A stretch of DNA of 63,800 bases, taken from a virus (taxonomy: Duplodnaviria; Caudoviricetes). The notes below the pieces were generated by a model. It worked only from the letters and a program-made list of their open reading frames with translations, did not search any database and was not told the DNA's origin. The first letter of the stretch is position 1. Every line of letters starts with the position of its first letter. This document shows positions 60,601-63,800 of this stretch, piece by piece. The position numbers and the translations under genes were made by a program. Location of the stretch: IMG/VR virus record IMGVR_UViG_3300032282_004188, positions 1 to 63,800 of that record. One strand, written 5' to 3'.

Positions 60601-61122
60601 GTCAGCAACGGAGTTGGATGTTGGGTCAATATTGAATATCATTTTATTCAGCATGACTTGTGCCGGATGCTCAAGACCCTGCTCTACCTCAAACATTGCA
60701 GGTGTTCTATATGGACTGGAAGATGGAAGGTGTCTTGCTGGCAACCCTGCGTTAGCAAAAAGGTCTTCTATTTTAAGGACTGACCCGGCAAATACGTTTT
60801 CAAGTTTTTTTCTTGATTCAAGATTAAGAATACTTAAATCTATTGATCCAGTATTTCGCATCATGTCAACATCTAAATTTTTAGCAAAAGATTTTCTAAC
60901 ATTTTTAATGTCAGATAACTCTTCATAATATTGCCTTTCAAAATCTCGATACTTTCCCATAAAGGTGTCGCTATCGCCATATATTTGATTAGCTAGGCCG
61001 CTATCAACTATTCTTTCGCCTATTCCTCTATTGGCTGGATTTGTTGCGGTTGATCTAAAAATACCTTTTTGAATAGTTTCAATTAGATTTTGGAATTTTT
61101 CGTGAATAGGTTTTATTGCCAT
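57601..61122 (-). CDS. Large protein with DEDDh 3'-5' exonuclease domain and C-terminal TM helix (1173 aa)
   Basis: ExoI FDVETTGL, ExoII GHNVNFDI, IDTLE, ExoIII HVAETD; C-terminal AGIAALGLTALAAGYYIGKRKK. Confidence 0.75.
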   Translation of the reverse strand: MAIKPIHEKFQNLIETIQKGIFRSTATNPANRGIGERIVDSGLANQIYGDSDTFMGKYRDFERQYYEELSDIKNVRKSFAKNLDVDMMRNTGSIDLSILNLESRKKLENVFAGSVLKIEDLFANAGLPARHLPSSSPYRTPAMFEVEQGLEHPAQVMLNKMIFNIDPTSNSVADVRFGSTNITSADDLERNLFQIGEMRKRDAQGVSGLLDFTPNADGSLKKVVTFDVETTGLGSMSQVRSVSLAQRTSLDGMAETVEKFGYNSPRMGGILAGPQLSDTLSGFIAKSENMGSLANNEEHFLQNMKKVMKTLNDSDQVTGHNVNFDITQMLRTMSGMKGYHADEELKGLVSTFLDKKKNNKSFLIDTLELGRAYITDKAQQAIGNEPDSVVRGEKYIKQFFSTESLADVTTGGKSTYAGVENFVMNTNLIDLMADEQHAPQIFEKILAGSHVAETDTMLQDHILKYMHTGKLDFRNASNVSKNVPAELLDIARRTVFKSAATTAVTNIADPKLLTDTALSYAQGEGLSGVRATISLQDVLAGDLLADPAKISTVQNQMNNNIAQGFIKSEEGKFKLFTGAEQEGIALEQSKAESHLRSLIAQAKNDTNMGEISALGQKFKYNRAEKQIMSLGISFEQNTAMEIMNRTLGTAAAEVDPEKYVDNIANLYKNFAETPSKLQFRDIMRGNGSFETKMNFATGLNLGKDSASDVTGKLISHAESSLASGNKYGFLGVKPTVISNILASGTSSLATEVYNKANLGGFEDLGTGLSAQITERFAYAASNEIADVTSQFGISHYKKQSSFRLAGEQGQAKKILLDYDYFKSLSVSPPSSAVGAATGAIPSTISVGEKIAEGNLAVSFSVAERKDQGEMFKTLNLVWKQGQDESGLTARSIAEQLHADFIASDDFKGKITSLDDMDELHTQAAMFKETYKEQPGLTVAENREKSIQAITESIEERGVGIASFGDKYNQDVVESMTEAISKNGMDIANDTSSLQANILGEAGDTLALGHVYDKKVIDAGGATARNRLMGANKSAMEDASKVGEALLGDNNLLHRAVTNLRSGRRQTPISTAVESYHKFKGPAGIAALGLTALAAGYYIGKRKKETNLYDETLQQQPTESFRQNASSNYGSSVPSLNSARRDPLVTAGVVGNLDNRKIGHTQMGNNKYNHLYGG

Positions 61123-61838
61123 TATTCTTTAGTTTCTGGACTCTGTATCTCTATGTATTCATCTTTGTCGTAAATGCCAAGTTTTTGCTTTAAGAGTTTT
61201 TCTCTTTGATTTTCCAGTGACTGAACTTTGAATAATATATCAGATATAGCTTGCGCGCTATCTAGTTGAGTTTGTCCAACTTTAGCTTTAGCTTCTCTTG
61301 TTGCAAGTAATTGATTTCTTAAATCTTTTCTGCGCCGATGAAGTCTATCTTCAAGTTCCACGGCTAAGTGAAGTTCCTTCTTGAGTATGGGCATACCGTC
61401 GTTATCTATTCCAACAATGTTTTCTTGGATAAAATGTTCTTTAGCGAGAAGTTTAGTCTTGCGAATATACTGCACTTCTTGATCCACTAGATCCCTGATC
61501 ATCGATACTTCCACTAGATTGTCGGGATGCACGTCTAGTTGTTCCATATACTCCGCTGTAAATTGCGAAACAATAGACATTTCTATTGGACACGGTTTTC
61601 CGCGAGGAGCTAAATTCTCTTTTAGTAAAGGGCAAGTATCTGCGAAGGTGCACTTAGATGCTTCACAGTTCATTGGAATAGATGAAAACATTGACGTTCT
61701 AGTCTTTTGTGGCCGGACTAATTCAACAGCCTTTTCCCTTTGTTCATCTGTCCAAGTTTCGGGGAAAAATAAATCTGGTCTTAAAGATTCAAAATTATTT
61801 AAAAATTTACTCTTATCACTTTTTTCAATATTACTCAT
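61122..61838 (-). CDS. Cys-cluster coiled-coil protein, candidate terminase small subunit (238 aa)
   Basis: C-x4-C-x5-C...C cluster (CEASKCTFADTCPL...PCPIE) then long helices LLATREAKAK; upstream of TerL. Product is inference. Confidence 0.45.
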   Translation of the reverse strand: MSNIEKSDKSKFLNNFESLRPDLFFPETWTDEQREKAVELVRPQKTRTSMFSSIPMNCEASKCTFADTCPLLKENLAPRGKPCPIEMSIVSQFTAEYMEQLDVHPDNLVEVSMIRDLVDQEVQYIRKTKLLAKEHFIQENIVGIDNDGMPILKKELHLAVELEDRLHRRRKDLRNQLLATREAKAKVGQTQLDSAQAISDILFKVQSLENQREKLLKQKLGIYDKDEYIEIQSPETKE

Positions 61839-62001
61839 TTAAATCTATCCATTCAGTACTGTATGAACTATCGGAATAAAACTTTTGTATAGTTACACTT
61901 TTGCAGTAACTACAATAACTATCTCTAATAAGGCAGTCGGTAGTAAAATCAAAATACTCACTAACTACTTCAGTTTTCTTGTCACATCTCGGACAGTTCA
62001 T
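61831..62001 (-). CDS. Zn-ribbon protein (56 aa), not in ORF track
   Basis: MNCPRCDKKLKVVSEYFDFTTDCLIRDSYCSYCKSVTIQKFYSDSSYSTEWIDLNE*; two CxxC motifs; overlaps both neighbours and exactly fills the gap. Confidence 0.75.
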   Translation of the reverse strand: MNCPRCDKKTEVVSEYFDFTTDCLIRDSYCSYCKSVTIQKFYSDSSYSTEWIDLNE

Positions 62002-62401
62002 CTAGGGCTTTCATTAAGCTTTTTTGAAGCTTGCCTGCCAACTCTGCGTTTTGTGCGGCGTTAAAGAAGATTCCCACTTCTCTAATTTCATCAGAAGTCA
62101 AGTATGAAGACAACTTATATCTAGACCCCTTGCAAACATCGCAGTAAAAATCTCTTTCTTCTGTAAGGCATGTGCACTTTTCAATAATATCAAAAAACTC
62201 TAGAGAGTCTGCGAGTTCAAACCATTTATTTTTAAATAACTTCTTTATCTGTTCTTTGTATGCTCTTAGCTTTTGTTGATCACTAGATAAGAGTGTTCCC
62301 ATATCTAAAGATTGCTTCATTAAATCATTTATGCTTTTATATAGGAAATTTGCTAATTGAAAATCCCCATTAATATCTGTGAATTTTTTCCAATCATTCA
62401 T
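61982..62401 (-). CDS. Hypothetical protein with CxC/CxxC motif (139 aa)
   Basis: KCTC...YCDVCKG. Confidence 0.7.
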   Translation of the reverse strand: MNDWKKFTDINGDFQLANFLYKSINDLMKQSLDMGTLLSSDQQKLRAYKEQIKKLFKNKWFELADSLEFFDIIEKCTCLTEERDFYCDVCKGSRYKLSSYLTSDEIREVGIFFNAAQNAELAGKLQKSLMKALDELSEM

Positions 62402-62406
62402 TGTAA

Positions 62407-62562
62407 TTAATTCTTTTTGTATATCTTAATTGATTTTTTTAAATCTTTTTTTATTTTTTTAAGCTCTTTCTTTTTTTCGCTTATTGTATTTTTTAAGATT
62501 ATATTTAAATCTTTTCTTGTCGGTCCATATTCAATTTCTTTATCTTTTTTCATCGTAAACAT
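62407..62562 (-). CDS. Small Lys-rich protein (51 aa), not in ORF track
   Basis: MFTMKKDKEIEYGPTRKDLNIILKNTISEKKKELKKIKKDLKKSIKIYKKN*; AAAGGA RBS; TATAAT at 62607-62612 upstream. Confidence 0.6.
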   Translation of the reverse strand: MFTMKKDKEIEYGPTRKDLNIILKNTISEKKKELKKIKKDLKKSIKIYKKN

Positions 62563-62612
62563 ATTATATCCTTTACATATTTCATTTTTAATTATTTATA
62601 ATTCATATTATA

Positions 62613-63611
62613 CTAATATCTAGCGCCTGTTTGTCTTCCGGAAGATTGATTGTTATTTTTTCTACTCGCAACAACACCTGCTGCGACGGCAAGGCCAAGG
62701 CCTATTCCCACTTTTGAATGAGTGCTCATTTTGCTAAATTTTTCCATATATTTGCCACCTTTAAATGCTCCTGAGCCAGAATTTTCTGTAGCTGCTACTA
62801 ATGGTCTTCTTGGTGTGACTGAAACTGGGGTGTGAGTTGTATTTCTCATTCTATCTATAACTGATTGAGATCCTGCACGCTGTGCTGCTACGCGTGCTCT
62901 TTCAGCTCTACCTGCGCCACTTGTTGCTACATTTGCCCTGACACGGTCTCCTACTATTTTGCTATATTCTGCTCTGCCAGGACCATGCGGAGCCATAGAC
63001 ATTCCTTCTCTAAAGCCACCAGTTCTACCGGCCCTACTGGACTCTATGTTTGCCAAGACTCGCTGACGTCGTCCAGCTAACTGCTCTGATCTCCTACCTG
63101 CCAGGGCATCGGCTCTCGATGCTCCAGCGCCAGATCCAGCTCTTGCTCTGTTGGCATCGAGGTTCTCAAGAATTCTTGATCTTTGAGCTGCTCGATCTCT
63201 ATTAACTCCAGCCAACTCTGCTCTTCCCGGACCATGCATTGGGCCTGGTGCCATTCTGGTACCCGGCATCGCTCTTGAGCCTCTTCCCTCTAGGCCTCCG
63301 CCTACGGGCCTAGCGCCTCTACCGGGGGCTCCCCTTGTCCCCCTAGTAGATAGGCCAGGATCTGCTGCTGCCAATTTAGCCTGTCTCCTTGCCTCTAGGA
63401 CCGGACCATAATTAGACATACTTGTTCGTCCTCCGGCTGGACCAGATTTAATTCCATTTCCATTTCTCATACCAGTACCAAATGCGCTATTGGAATACTG
63501 GCCCAGTGCTGCATTATCTCCACCGTGAGATCCTATGAACACTCTCGGACGAGAACCTACGTCTTTATTTACGTCACCAAGTGGAAGTCTAGCTCCAGGA
63601 ATAAATCCCAT
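62613..63611 (-). CDS. Arg/Gly-rich basic protein with C-terminal TM helix (332 aa)
   Basis: AGGAG RBS; low-complexity RG/RA stretches; internal repeat HGPGRAE twice; VGIGLGLAVAAGVVA near the C-terminus. Confidence 0.7.
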   Translation of the reverse strand: MGFIPGARLPLGDVNKDVGSRPRVFIGSHGGDNAALGQYSNSAFGTGMRNGNGIKSGPAGGRTSMSNYGPVLEARRQAKLAAADPGLSTRGTRGAPGRGARPVGGGLEGRGSRAMPGTRMAPGPMHGPGRAELAGVNRDRAAQRSRILENLDANRARAGSGAGASRADALAGRRSEQLAGRRQRVLANIESSRAGRTGGFREGMSMAPHGPGRAEYSKIVGDRVRANVATSGAGRAERARVAAQRAGSQSVIDRMRNTTHTPVSVTPRRPLVAATENSGSGAFKGGKYMEKFSKMSTHSKVGIGLGLAVAAGVVASRKNNNQSSGRQTGARY

Positions 63612-63662
63612 TTGTTTCTCCTAAGAATATAATAATTTGAGATAACAATAAGAATTATAAAG

Positions 63663-63800
63663 TTAAATTAGCGTATCTACCGGCTGCTTTATTTTTCTTA
63701 CTGGTTTTTGAAAATCAAAGATAAAGTTATCGTTAAGATAGTCAATATAGAATATAGTACCTTTTGGAATATTGCTATTAACAATTGTTTTAGCAAGTGG
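63663..63800 (-). CDS. 3' end of a gene, probable ClpB/ClpC-type ATPase C-terminal (D2-small) domain
   Basis: PLAKTIVNSNIPKGTIFYIDYLNDNFIF...* resembles the ClpB C-terminal PLA..IL.G....G..I.VD pattern; only 45 aa visible. Confidence 0.5.
   Translation of the reverse strand, partial: PLAKTIVNSNIPKGTIFYIDYLNDNFIFDFQKPVRKIKQPVDTLI

Noticed and set aside
1098-63080. Numerous plus-strand ORFs of 60-265 aa in the track
   Set aside because: All are antisense shadows of minus-strand genes, with no recognisable motifs.
63753-63760. GTACTATA as another late-promoter copy
   Set aside because: Inside the Clp-like coding frame and ~140 nt from the next start; a closer TTATTATA exists at 63628-63635.
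1-63800. tRNA/rRNA genes
   Set aside because: Intergenic gaps are short (about 130 nt or less) and hold terminators/promoters; no cloverleaf or T-loop pattern was recognised.

Overview
AT-rich 63.8 kb segment of a large tailed dsDNA phage (myovirus morphology: sheath plus tube genes). It is one densely packed virion-morphogenesis region encoded entirely on the minus strand, in the standard genetic code. In transcription order (right to left): the tail of a probable Clp-type ATPase; small Zn-finger genes and a candidate terminase small subunit; a cluster of Gly-rich/TM-tailed putative ejection proteins, one with a DEDDh exonuclease domain; terminase large subunit; a fibre/Ig/lectin accessory block; portal; glycosyltransferase; prohead protease-scaffold; decoration protein; major capsid; neck; two sheath-like genes; three tube paralogues; two chaperones; a 2201-aa tape-measure-like protein; a 1583-aa protein; and a >=3305-aa baseplate-hub-like ORF that runs off the left edge and is absent from the ORF track. 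The most striking observation is a complete Dps (mini-ferritin) domain, with ferroxidase ligands, fused in-frame inside the prohead protease/scaffold. This suggests an iron-detoxifying/DNA-protecting cargo loaded into the capsid. Other notable signals: an RNA-polymerase-like DxDD/RQP motif pair in the 1583-aa protein; a DGR-type lectin domain inserted into a duplicated Ig array; a glycosyltransferase inside the head module; and a recurring TTACTATA late-promoter candidate. All calls come from motif recognition by eye; no database searches were run.
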